From contig JAGTRG010000004.1 in assembly GCA_018396435.1 (NCBI GenBank), forward strand, positions 1-51,023: a DNA stretch of 51,023 bases, in the 5' to 3' direction. The notes beneath the pieces are model-generated. The model saw only the letters and a list, made by a program, of their open reading frames with translations. It made no database searches and was not told the DNA's origin. The translations under genes and the position numbers were made by a program. Below are positions 36,752-45,830 of the stretch, one piece after another (within the stretch, counting starts at the first letter, position 1; the number at the start of each line of letters is the position of its first letter). The stretch comes from Candidatus Bathyarchaeota archaeon. GTDB lineage: Archaea > Thermoproteota > Bathyarchaeia > Bathyarchaeales > DTEX01.

Positions 36752-37486
36752 ATGATTATGAATAAAAAGAAATTAATACTTCCATCGGAAACAAAAAGGA
36801 TTGAGGTTAAGACCATGAAGAATCTCCTTATGATAACTCATTCTGCTGGTTTCAAGCACGACTACCTACCGATTGCAAGGGAAGTTGTGAGAAGACTAGG
36901 TTTAGAATCCGGCTTATTTAATGTTGTTGCTACTGATGAATGTAATCTTCTAACTCAGGAGGGTTTGAAGAAGTTTGACGCTGTTCTCTTCGCAACAACA
37001 GGTGAACTCCCATTGTCCGATGAGAATAAAACGGATTTCATCGAAGCTATTAAAGGCGGAAAGGGCTTTGTAGGCGTGCACAATGCAACGGATACATTCT
37101 ACAAGTTTCCAGAGTACGGTAAGATGATTGGCGGATACTTTAAAAGCCACCCATGGACCCAGGAAGTCACGGTAATAGTTGAGGATAGGGATCACCCGGC
37201 GACGAGGCATCTGCCTGATAAGTTTAGGGTTAAGGAGGAAGTTTACACTTTTAGGGATTGGTCGCGTGAGAGAACACATGTCCTAATAAGCCTAGACAAT
37301 AGCTCCGTAGACTTAGGTAAAGGAACAAGACCTGATAATGATTATGCTCTTTGTTGGTGCCACAATTACGGTGAGGGGAGGGTTTTCTATACGGCCTTCG
37401 GGCACTTTAAGGAGCTTTGGAGCGAAAGATGGTTCCAGAGGCATCTGCTAAACGGCATTTTATGGGTTATGAACATGCTAGAATAA
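36752..37486 (+). CDS. ThuA-like (trehalose utilisation protein A domain) protein
   Basis: LLMITHSAGFKHDY...FDAVLFATTGELPL...GKGFVGVHNATDTFY...YFKSHPW...WCHNYGEGRVFYTAFGH. The likely start is M22 at 36815 (GAGG about 9 nt upstream). Confidence 0.75.
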   Translation: MIMNKKKLILPSETKRIEVKTMKNLLMITHSAGFKHDYLPIAREVVRRLGLESGLFNVVATDECNLLTQEGLKKFDAVLFATTGELPLSDENKTDFIEAIKGGKGFVGVHNATDTFYKFPEYGKMIGGYFKSHPWTQEVTVIVEDRDHPATRHLPDKFRVKEEVYTFRDWSRERTHVLISLDNSSVDLGKGTRPDNDYALCWCHNYGEGRVFYTAFGHFKELWSERWFQRHLLNGILWVMNMLE

Positions 37487-37499
37487 TGCGAAACCGATT

Positions 37500-37862
37500 C
37501 TAAGAATGGTTGTTTCTTTCCCATTTTATTTTCAAGCTCTCGGAGAGCTTCACCTTCAATATTTTTATTAGCTCCGGATCGTTTCTTGGATAAATGTCCG
37601 GAATTTTGAGCACCACCACTTTATTCTCAGCGTCCGGTTTCAGGTTTAATATAGCTTCTTTATGCTGATCTTCCATGGCAAATATTATGTCAGCCCAATC
37701 TATTAGGCTTTCAGATATCCTTCTCCGGGCATTAAACCAGATTCCGGCGGACTGAACCTCAAATTCTCCTACATTTTTAAGTAGAGCTTCAGCCGTTGGG
37801 CTTCGGTCGATATTCGCTGTGCAGACGAAGAGAATGCGTCTTACTTTTTCAGGATGGATCAT
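37500..37862 (-). CDS. low-molecular-weight protein-tyrosine phosphatase / ArsC-like
   Basis: CX5R(S) loop in ILFVCTANIDRSPTAEALL. 120 aa. Confidence 0.75.
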   Translation of the reverse strand: MIHPEKVRRILFVCTANIDRSPTAEALLKNVGEFEVQSAGIWFNARRRISESLIDWADIIFAMEDQHKEAILNLKPDAENKVVVLKIPDIYPRNDPELIKILKVKLSESLKIKWERNNHS

Positions 37863-38012
37863 GCCTAATCACTAGAATAAATTTTGATTCTATGATTTAA
37901 AGGCATATAGCGATTGAAAAATTGTGGAAGAATTCTGCGGAATGCTTAAACCTGAAGCATTGTGATGTTGAAGATTTAAATATTATATTGCCGCTATCAA
38001 ATAGAATCTCAA

Positions 38013-38897
38013 GTGTTTGCGGTGTCCAAAATGACGAATCAGAGGGTTACAGGAATTCTCTTTGGGACATTAGCCGGCGCCATGTGGGCTATCGAGGCGG
38101 TTCTGGGGAAAATTTTGTTATCCTCATTGAGTTTCATGCAGATTGCAGCTTCAGAAGCATTCTTCGCAACGATAATATCGTTAATATACGTTCTATTAAG
38201 CGGGGAATCATTAAAATGCGAGGTTTCTTCTCTGCGAGACATTCTGCTTGTAGGGCTTTTAGGCTCGGTGCTTGCTCCAATGGCATATTTTCTCGGGTTA
38301 TCATGGACTCTTGCTGTAAACGCAACTCTGCTTGCTCATTTACAGCCTCTTTTCGTTTCAGTTCTAGGCTTCATATTTCTAAATGAAAAAATATGGAGAA
38401 ATGACATTATTGGGGGGCTGATGATAGGTTTCGCAGCCATTCTAATAACCAGCAGAAGCATTGAAAACCTTACGGCTCTAAAATTCGGCAACCTAGGCGA
38501 CGTTGTGGTTTTGCTTGCAACATTATGTTGGGCGATGGCGGCTATACCCGGCAAACGTCTAACCAAAGTTGCTGAGAGCGCGCTGATAGTGGGCTACAGA
38601 TTTCTAGTTGCATCAGCGGTTTTTCTCCCACTGCTGTTAGTTTCAAACCAGCTCGTGGTAGAATCCATTTATCAAGCGTTTCTCGGCATGATCGCAGGTT
38701 TAGGATACATATTTTATTATGAGGGACTTAAGAGGGTGAAGGCAAGCCAGGTGGCGCTCACAGAGCTTTCATCTCCCTTTTTCACAGCTATCCTAGCTTG
38801 GTCCATCCTTGGGGAATATCTAGCAATAATGCAGATTATTGGAGCAGTGTTGCTTTTCTCAGGGCTAATTCTGCTGACGCAAAAAGAGCATGAGTAA
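38013..38897 (+). CDS. EamA/DMT-superfamily transporter
   Basis: About 10 hydrophobic helices arranged as two EamA-like halves. The alternative start is the ATG at 38031. Confidence 0.7.
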   Translation: MFAVSKMTNQRVTGILFGTLAGAMWAIEAVLGKILLSSLSFMQIAASEAFFATIISLIYVLLSGESLKCEVSSLRDILLVGLLGSVLAPMAYFLGLSWTLAVNATLLAHLQPLFVSVLGFIFLNEKIWRNDIIGGLMIGFAAILITSRSIENLTALKFGNLGDVVVLLATLCWAMAAIPGKRLTKVAESALIVGYRFLVASAVFLPLLLVSNQLVVESIYQAFLGMIAGLGYIFYYEGLKRVKASQVALTELSSPFFTAILAWSILGEYLAIMQIIGAVLLFSGLILLTQKEHE

Positions 38898-38911
38898 ATG
38901 ACCCGTGCGGA

Positions 38912-39931
38912 TCATTCCCTAAATTTAAGAATTACACCTATAGCCCTCGTCCTATCCTCAAGGAGCATGTTATAGGCTTTTTCAGCCTCACGCCAAAAGT
39001 ATCTATGCGTTATCAGATGTTCAATTGTCAAGCGTCCGGCTGACAAAAGATCAAAGAATAGCTCAGTATTTCTCTTTCTAGTCCAGGGATTATAGGGCGT
39101 TTCAAGCTCAGGTTGGCTGGTGAAATGCGTTCCAATTATCATTCTGCTAGGTCTATTAACTTCATCGTGAAAGTCGATGTTTGTTCTACCTCTTGGAGAG
39201 CTTAAGACCACAAATCGTCCTAGAATTTTAGTTAGGGTTATTGCTTCATTTATAACGTTCGGGTTCCCAGTAACCTCGAAGACCTTATCAGCCATTCTAC
39301 CGTTAGTTATTTTTCCAACATTCTCCCTAACGTTATTCCAATCGTCGGCGCGTATGATATGCGTTGCGCCGGATGCTTTAGAGATTTTAAGCCTTTCTTC
39401 AGCAATGTCTATGGCAATGATTGGATGCGCACCCGCCATCCTAGAGAACAATACGGTTAGCTGCCCTAGAAGCCCAAGTCCGACGACAACTACGGCGTCG
39501 CCTAGGGAAACCTTTGCAAGTCTAACTGAGTTCATGACGCCCGCTGCTATGGTGTGGAAGCATGCGCTTTCAACATTAACGTTTTCCGGAACTTTAACAA
39601 GTTGATCAGCCATTACAACCGCGTGTGTAGCATGCGGTGAAGTTGCAGCCACAATATCTCCAACGTTAAAGTCCTTAACTTCATATCCAACTTCAACTAT
39701 CCTTCCAATGCTTGAGTACCCAGGTATGAAGGGATACTTAATATAGTTGGACCATGCTGACGGCTTCGGAAAATCGCCTGTTAAGGCCGTTAATTCTGTT
39801 CCCGTACTTATTAATGCGACCTCGGTTTCGATTAAAACTTCTTTTTCCTTCGGCTTGCCAAACTGAAACTTTTCTATTTCAACCTTCATAGGTTTGGGGA
39901 AGACTATTCTAAAACCCTCCAAAGAGATCAC
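38912..39931 (-). CDS. medium-chain dehydrogenase/reductase (zinc-ADH-like) oxidoreductase
   Basis: GroES-like N-terminal segment LISTGTE...PGYSSIGRIVEVG, and Rossmann VVVVGLGLLGQL. 339 aa. Confidence 0.75.
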   Translation of the reverse strand: MISLEGFRIVFPKPMKVEIEKFQFGKPKEKEVLIETEVALISTGTELTALTGDFPKPSAWSNYIKYPFIPGYSSIGRIVEVGYEVKDFNVGDIVAATSPHATHAVVMADQLVKVPENVNVESACFHTIAAGVMNSVRLAKVSLGDAVVVVGLGLLGQLTVLFSRMAGAHPIIAIDIAEERLKISKASGATHIIRADDWNNVRENVGKITNGRMADKVFEVTGNPNVINEAITLTKILGRFVVLSSPRGRTNIDFHDEVNRPSRMIIGTHFTSQPELETPYNPWTRKRNTELFFDLLSAGRLTIEHLITHRYFWREAEKAYNMLLEDRTRAIGVILKFRE

Positions 39932-39966
39932 CCTTAAGATATTTTACATGTCTCTGCTCGGATAAA

Positions 39967-41178
39967 TTATTTTAACCACTTCTCAAACCATTTGAAGGCA
40001 TCTTCCTGCATTTCCACATCAAATTTATGCGGTCCCTGATAGAATTTTCCGCAGTAATTATCTGAACGACCCATTTTCCCATATATTTGCTTTAGCTTCT
40101 GATCCGCTTTCCTCTGCCCCTCAAGCGTGTAAAGCTCATCGTCTATGTTGTATTGAACCATGAGAGGCGCCGGGGCATGTAATGATATTAGGTCCGGCAT
40201 ATCTAGGAAGCGCGACAGATGCGGAACATAAAGCATCCACGTGTGACATTTTATGTGATTTCTAAGCATTTCACGGAAGGTGCTCATGAACCCAACGCAG
40301 ATGGCGCATTTGATTCTAGGATCCAACCCGGCTAAGAAGATGGTTCTTAAGCCCCCTCCGGATAGCCCCCCGCAGCCGATCCTTGAAGAATCAACCTCAG
40401 GCCTGGTTAACAGATAATCGATGCTTCTTCGATCTTCATAGGTGAATATTCCAGGCCATGTTGAGCCTGCGGCAAATATTGTTTTAGCGATTATGTGCTC
40501 CATTTCAGCAGCCAGATGGTTATATTTCTCAATGTACTCTCGGGAGTCGGGTTCTAACCCCTTGAATTGCTTCTGCATTTCCTCATTGAGCGATTCAACC
40601 GGGATCCTTCGGCTTCCAAATAGGAAAGCATCTACGGCTAATACTGCGAAGCCGCGCTTAGCCAGCTCCGTAGCCCAGCTTCTGCCCCCATAACATCCTT
40701 TCTTAAATTCATGCAGTATATGTGGCTCATTCGGAATCGCCGCTATCTTCTCTTTGCCGAAATATTTAAAGCCGCCGTGATCATGAAGGGCTACTATCGC
40801 AGGCATTTTTTCATCCGCATTTCGATCTTTCGGATATATGAACAGCCCTCTGGCCCTAGGTCCATAAGGCATATCGTATGATATATCCTCAACTACTAGG
40901 TCGCCGTCTTCACGCTTTGAATCTACAGTTGCGTTTAATGGCATGCTGGGCGGATTAAATGCTAGGAGCTCGAGAACCTTCGCCCTGCCCATTGTCCTCC
41001 AGGCTTCCAGCTCGGGCCATTCTCTCGCTAGATAAGAGAGCGATGGAGGGTTCATTCCTGAAATTTGATCTGCAAGGTCATAGTAGACTCCGATATCGGG
41101 CTTCATAGAATTTAACCCCTCACGACATATATGTATTAGACCGATAGGTTTAAATGGCTTATTAATGTGCTTTTTCAC
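39967..41178 (-). CDS. alpha/beta hydrolase (acetyl-xylan-esterase / dienelactone-hydrolase-like)
   Basis: Nucleophile elbow GGLSGGG, plus PAIVALHDHGG. 403 aa. The start may be the internal MKPDIGVYY. Confidence 0.65.
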   Translation of the reverse strand: MKKHINKPFKPIGLIHICREGLNSMKPDIGVYYDLADQISGMNPPSLSYLAREWPELEAWRTMGRAKVLELLAFNPPSMPLNATVDSKREDGDLVVEDISYDMPYGPRARGLFIYPKDRNADEKMPAIVALHDHGGFKYFGKEKIAAIPNEPHILHEFKKGCYGGRSWATELAKRGFAVLAVDAFLFGSRRIPVESLNEEMQKQFKGLEPDSREYIEKYNHLAAEMEHIIAKTIFAAGSTWPGIFTYEDRRSIDYLLTRPEVDSSRIGCGGLSGGGLRTIFLAGLDPRIKCAICVGFMSTFREMLRNHIKCHTWMLYVPHLSRFLDMPDLISLHAPAPLMVQYNIDDELYTLEGQRKADQKLKQIYGKMGRSDNYCGKFYQGPHKFDVEMQEDAFKWFEKWLK

Positions 41179-41235
41179 GGCAAATTATTTATTTTTTCCC
41201 ACCAAAATATCTATCTGCGTAGGCTGGTGTAAAGT

Positions 41236-41514
41236 TTGAGCGTGAATAATGCGCTACGTGAGATAGAAACGATAGAGGGGTTAATTGGACCATACGAGTA
41301 TTTCTCTTACGATGCGAAAATGTTTCTTAACGCCCTTAGGGAACTCCGTGAAGCCATAAATGTGATGGATAAAGCAAAGATTAAGCACCGACTAGGGGAT
41401 CTATCGAGAGTTGAGGAGGCAGCCGCTCCTTACAGAGGCTACGGATTTGTGGAGGAGGCCATACAGCACTCGAAGAAGTTGCTTGAGGAGCTTAAAAAGA
41501 TTGTTGGTGAATGA
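41236..41514 (+). CDS. hypothetical small helical protein
   Basis: 92-aa ORF with a TTG start and no recognisable motif. It is the only sizeable ORF in this gap. Confidence 0.35.
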   Translation: MSVNNALREIETIEGLIGPYEYFSYDAKMFLNALRELREAINVMDKAKIKHRLGDLSRVEEAAAPYRGYGFVEEAIQHSKKLLEELKKIVGE

Positions 41515-41629
41515 AAGTTTATATGTTTTAAACAAAATCCCCCTCTTTTCTTTTATTTAAAAATATCTTTTGCATGCGCTGTTTCAGCCATCTTTATGCG
41601 CTTATACTTACGCTAGCACAAGATTATCT

Positions 41630-42427
41630 TTAAATGAATGGGATGATGATCATTCTCGCAGCGATAATTAGGAAGACGCCGCTAAGAATCTTTCTCAGAG
41701 CCCCCTCACTTACATGTTTTGAAACGTACGGTCCGACCTGCGATCCAAATATTGCGCCTACTGCTAGGGGAGCAGCGTATGTTGGCACAATATTGCCGAG
41801 TTCTATGTGTGATATTGCCGCTATGAAGTTTGTTAGCGCCATGCCGAAGACCGATGTTGCCGAACTCATTTTCACCGGCATATTTAGCGCTAAGACCATC
41901 ACTGTTTCATCAACTGTTCCGCCGCCTGCGCCAAGCATCCCGGCGACTACGCCGCTGAGGAAACTTGCAATGAGTGAAAAGAAAATAACCTTAAAGGATA
42001 ATCTGAACGCATCGGCATACAGAGTCTCTTCCCGCGCGGGATAGGGTTTTCTAATAACTAGGATGGAGATCAGCAGCAGGAAGCATCCAAATATGAAGGC
42101 TAGCCAATTTGAATTTATAAGCAAAGTTAAGTATGCCCCGATGATCGCCCCTGGAGCGTCCAAGACGTCTAGTAGAATTCCCACTTTATAGTTTATTCTC
42201 TTTTGCCTTGCATATTGTATAGTAGCCAAAGTTGTAGTGAAGGTCATCGTTAATACGCTGATACCGGTTGCCTTCTGAGTTGGAAGACCAAAGGCTAAGA
42301 CGAGCAAAGGTACAAAGAAAACGCCGCCTCCTAAGCCAACCATAGTTGAAACTGTAGCTATGCAGAAGCCGCTGAGGAACAACGTAATCTCCGCAATCAT
42401 ACAATTATAACGTGCGGCAATTCTCAT
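41630..42427 (-). CDS. TauE/SafE-family (sulfite exporter-like) membrane protein
   Basis: 265 aa with about 8 TM helices, and repeated Gly-rich motifs GLGGGVFFVPLL and GMLGAGGG typical of TauE/SafE. Confidence 0.75.
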   Translation of the reverse strand: MRIAARYNCMIAEITLFLSGFCIATVSTMVGLGGGVFFVPLLVLAFGLPTQKATGISVLTMTFTTTLATIQYARQKRINYKVGILLDVLDAPGAIIGAYLTLLINSNWLAFIFGCFLLLISILVIRKPYPAREETLYADAFRLSFKVIFFSLIASFLSGVVAGMLGAGGGTVDETVMVLALNMPVKMSSATSVFGMALTNFIAAISHIELGNIVPTYAAPLAVGAIFGSQVGPYVSKHVSEGALRKILSGVFLIIAARMIIIPFI

Positions 42428-42655
42428 AAAGTTTACTAAGCGACATGTAATACTGCAATTTACGTTGAAAAATTTTATTTTTTAAAGTTTAAATGATGGA
42501 AAAATGATTGGACAATTGAAAAGACTTGGAAGGCAAGCCTTAGGCTGCATCAATAAAGATTTAATCAAAAATAGCGCACTTCATGATGAAACAATATTAT
42601 TATGAGGAGTATATTTTTATAGCCCATTCCACTTTTTATTCCTGAAGCTTAAACA

Positions 42656-42991
42656 TTGCCTGATAAGAAGACATTGCTAATTCTGTTCACCTTAACAGCG
42701 CTATCCATAGTGTTTACCATTTACAGCTTAAGGGCTTACGCAGTTGCGTCCAGAGTATTTGAAGGCGATGGGTCGCATAGACCTGTTTGGCGCACATCAC
42801 CCCCAGGCTCATTCCTCCTATGGCCTAAAGAGCCGGGGCTCCTTGAAGCCCTATCAGAAATGAGCGACATAGATATGGCCATTTACCTTTACTTAGTTAA
42901 ATCTCAAGTGTTAATCGTGCTCTCAGTAGCGCTTTGGGCCGTCACCTGCCTATATGTTTTCAGGAAGGTACTTAAACGAAGGTCAGATTAG
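42656..42991 (+). CDS. hypothetical small membrane protein
   Basis: 111 aa with a TTG start and two hydrophobic helices (LLILFTLTALSIVFTIY; VLIVLSVALWAVTCLYVF). Confidence 0.35.
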   Translation: MPDKKTLLILFTLTALSIVFTIYSLRAYAVASRVFEGDGSHRPVWRTSPPGSFLLWPKEPGLLEALSEMSDIDMAIYLYLVKSQVLIVLSVALWAVTCLYVFRKVLKRRSD

Positions 42992-43076
42992 ATGCGGCCA
43001 TGCGAATTTTTCTTTGTTTAACCGGTAACTGGGGAATTCAACATGCGGATTTGGTTAAAGAATACGGGGATGATGC

Positions 43077-44174
43077 CTAGTAGGGGACTAAAGCGGTTTC
43101 CCCGAACTTCCCTAGATTTATTTTATCTCCAGGTTTGCCTGTTGCCGGAATTAATCTCGCTGCCAAAGGCCTCTTCTTAAACGTGTACACAGAGTATACG
43201 TCCTTTATGAAGCCGGCTAATTTCTCTTCATCCTCTGGTACGACGAGCATATCTGGGCCTGATACGCATGTCGCCGTATATAATAGCAGATCCTTAGCCC
43301 TTATCGATCCATTTTCACCCAGCTTTTTCAATCCGTTGTCCTCAGCGTATGGAAGCATAACCTCATTAAACCCTGCTGCATACTTGTCTGCAATTCTCCA
43401 TATTTCTTTATTCAGCAATAAAACCCCATAATTGAACCCGGGCTGACCAGCCGGGTACCCAATCGTCTGAAGGAGATCTATGATGCTATTCTCCATCCAT
43501 GGGGATAGGCTGTAGTCTACGAGAACCCTAAAGCCCTCTGCTTCTATGTAACCCGCGACCTTTGACACAACCTTTTTAAACTCATCGAATGCCCCTGTTA
43601 AACCATGCTCTAGGTTTTCCATTATGAAGTTCGGGTATAAGAATGATAATCCTACTCCTCCTTTAACGCTGGTTGAATCTGGAAAGTAGGGTGTTTGAAG
43701 GGGTTCCTCATGAAAACCAACAGATATCCTTGTAGCATATACTGGATTACGTGATGAAGCTTTGTGGATAAACCTGGAGATCTCTCCAACCAGGTTTTTC
43801 TCTATAGCTTTCAAACCATTGAAGGAGATATAGAAGCCTTTCTCAACCGCATCTAGGTAAATGTTACTCATTGATGGGGTAAAATCTGTGTATCCAAGCG
43901 ATGCGAGGAATCGGTTGATGTCTACATTATCGACTATGCGCTTAAATATTGATACACTGTTTTCCGGAAATGAAATTCTCGCGGTCCATGGTTCTAATCC
44001 CTTGTTTCTGAGCGTTTTAACTAGGCTTTCCAATAGGTTGATAGATTTATCTATCTCCCCCTCAAAATTCCGGTTCTGATCAAACTCTCGCGGATCTACA
44101 AACGCTGTAATGGATCTGATCTTAATATGGTTATCCAAGGTCAAGAGTCCCTCACCGAGAGACGAATTATTCAT
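43077..44174 (-). CDS. DUF711 (UPF0210) family protein
   Basis: IRSITAFVD near the N-terminus and TATCVSGPDMLVVPED near the C-terminus parallel the IRTIT... and ...GLDMI.IPGD blocks I recall for UPF0210. Confidence 0.65.
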   Translation of the reverse strand: MNNSSLGEGLLTLDNHIKIRSITAFVDPREFDQNRNFEGEIDKSINLLESLVKTLRNKGLEPWTARISFPENSVSIFKRIVDNVDINRFLASLGYTDFTPSMSNIYLDAVEKGFYISFNGLKAIEKNLVGEISRFIHKASSRNPVYATRISVGFHEEPLQTPYFPDSTSVKGGVGLSFLYPNFIMENLEHGLTGAFDEFKKVVSKVAGYIEAEGFRVLVDYSLSPWMENSIIDLLQTIGYPAGQPGFNYGVLLLNKEIWRIADKYAAGFNEVMLPYAEDNGLKKLGENGSIRAKDLLLYTATCVSGPDMLVVPEDEEKLAGFIKDVYSVYTFKKRPLAARLIPATGKPGDKINLGKFGETALVPY

Positions 44175-44262
44175 TTGTTTTCTTCTCTAATAAATATTAA
44201 TAGAGCCACGTACATGTTTCTGCGGATAAACCCATCTGGAATTTAGGAGTCGGCTGAACATA

Positions 44263-45186
44263 TCATGAGGGTTTTGGAAGTTTCATTAAAGCATCCATAT
44301 GCTTCTTCCAGCTGATTTGATTTCTAAAGTCTCTGTGAGGCTTGAATATTGTTCTGACAGCGTCTATGCCTTCTCCTATAATATTTATTTTCTCCGGGTT
44401 CAGTTCACCGTGATCCCATTTTGACAGAAGATACAGGTATCCCACATCGCTTGGGTTAAAGCCCATAGCGAACGCTACGGCTGAATCCAGGGATACGGGA
44501 TTAATTGAGGCGAAGTATGCTCCCCATCTCCTTAGGTTGCCATGCACGGGTCCATTTTCTTCCATAGCTTCGTAGCCGTCCACGATGGCTAGGTGGGGCA
44601 TAACCTTAACGGCAATCCTGGCGATGTTATAGTTTATTTGCCAGTATCCTTGATGGATAAGCCGTCTATATCCTCTCTTTATGGAGCCAACGACCATGTT
44701 TTTTATGGTCAGCGTCACGACTGCTACATCGTGAGTCTTAGGTCTCACGGGTGAAACCCTGAAATCCGACTCAAGTGCAAGTTTAGATACGGGCACAGTG
44801 AGGGGGGAGCCTCTGCTGTCCGCTATCTCAACCTCTTCATGGCCATATTCATCTAAATCGCATATTTCAACGTTATACTTGTCCTTTAGCCCCATGTATC
44901 CATATCGCCTTACTGCTTCTCCGAAACTTCCTATCGTGGGTGATTCTGAGACTATTATTTCTTTCGGATCTGCGAGCGCCAGCAGGAACTTTAAGATCTC
45001 ATCCACGCACTCTACCGGTGTTGCTGATGGCGGATTGTATGCGCTTACGAAGTTAGGTTTAATGAGTATTCTCGCCCTTCCCGGCAGTTTTCTGCGAACA
45101 TTCTCCTTGATAAGATTTAAGGATCTTCTAACTCCACGGCGCCTATCTTCCAGTTCTTTAATTACAGATACGCTCATGACATGCAC
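44263..45186 (-). CDS. DUF362 domain protein
   Basis: ILIKPNFVS, SPVRPKTHDVAVVTLTIKNMVG, AIVDGYEAMEENGPVHG and ASINPVSLDSAVAFAMGF, as in DUF362. No fused ferredoxin domain. Confidence 0.75.
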   Translation of the reverse strand: MHVMSVSVIKELEDRRRGVRRSLNLIKENVRRKLPGRARILIKPNFVSAYNPPSATPVECVDEILKFLLALADPKEIIVSESPTIGSFGEAVRRYGYMGLKDKYNVEICDLDEYGHEEVEIADSRGSPLTVPVSKLALESDFRVSPVRPKTHDVAVVTLTIKNMVVGSIKRGYRRLIHQGYWQINYNIARIAVKVMPHLAIVDGYEAMEENGPVHGNLRRWGAYFASINPVSLDSAVAFAMGFNPSDVGYLYLLSKWDHGELNPEKINIIGEGIDAVRTIFKPHRDFRNQISWKKHMDALMKLPKPS

Positions 45187-45297
45187 GCCTCAAATCAAAC
45201 AGTCACGAAGCAGACTAACCGTATATTAGCATATGACAATTTTCAATTTCAACAGTATTTTCTACTAACGCTGGGAATAATCATCATATATAACTGT

Positions 45298-45765
45298 TTA
45301 TTTAACTATCATGGTAGTCCTGGTTGATAACGCCGTATTTTCCGGGTAGAATGTATAGAAGGCAGGGGTCATAGTGAGGGAGCACTCTACTTGGTATTTT
45401 CCAGGCTTCAATCCGCCGGGTTTCTCAACGAAAACATGGATTATCTCCCCATACCTCCACCATAGCTCAGGGATTGTGGAAACGCTTTTAAGATTTATTC
45501 TATTCTTCCTCAGAATGAAAGTGATCTTTTCCGGGTCTATTTCCTCCCCGTTTATGGCGAGGGAGAAGCCCCTTATTGATGAGAGGGGCTGCGCCGTGTA
45601 TAATGGGTTGCCTAATTCAAATTGAAACCCATCAATTTGGCCGTCTCCATCCAAATCAACGTTTTCCATTTCTTTATTTGGAAGCAAAAGGAGATCTGCC
45701 ACTAGCTGAACATCTTTCATGAACTGCCCAAAATCCTCTTCAGATGCGAAATGTTTTTCCGCCAT
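45298..45765 (-). CDS. DUF6379-like protein; candidate C-glycoside deglycosidase beta subunit
   Basis: 155 aa: IDGFQFELGNPLYTAQPLSSIRGFSLAINGEEIDPEKITFILRKNRINL...ELWWRYGEIIHVFVEKPGGLKPGKYQVEC. Recognised from memory as CarC/DgpC-like. It pairs head-to-head with a TIM-barrel gene. Confidence 0.5.
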   Translation of the reverse strand: MAEKHFASEEDFGQFMKDVQLVADLLLLPNKEMENVDLDGDGQIDGFQFELGNPLYTAQPLSSIRGFSLAINGEEIDPEKITFILRKNRINLKSVSTIPELWWRYGEIIHVFVEKPGGLKPGKYQVECSLTMTPAFYTFYPENTALSTRTTMIVK

Positions 45766-45802
45766 GTTATGCGCCTCTTATTGAAAAGGCTTATTAAGAA
45801 GC

Positions 45803-45812
45803 TTATTTAAAT
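45803..45812. promoter_or_regulatory. AT box (TTATTTAAAT) in 65-nt divergent intergenic region; candidate shared TATA element
   Basis: Near-palindromic TATA-like box about 40 nt upstream of the minus-strand ATG (45765) and about 20-30 nt upstream of the GTG at 45831 and ATG at 45843 on the plus strand. Confidence 0.3.
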
Positions 45813-45830
45813 CTAACTGAAATCTGAGAA

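Noticed and set aside
37922-38386. 154-aa plus-strand ORF overlapping the EamA transporter gene in another frame.
   Set aside because: The 38013-38897 frame gives a full-length 10-helix DMT-type protein. The alternative frame is Cys/Ser/Arg-rich without motifs.
42583-42645. Possible C/D-box sRNA: ATGATGA (42583-42589) and CTGA (42642-42645), 63 nt apart, upstream of the 42656 ORF.
   Set aside because: There are no convincing internal D' and C' boxes at the expected 12-nt guide spacing. There is also no terminal stem pairing the flanks. The region is generally AT-rich promoter sequence, so chance box matches are likely.
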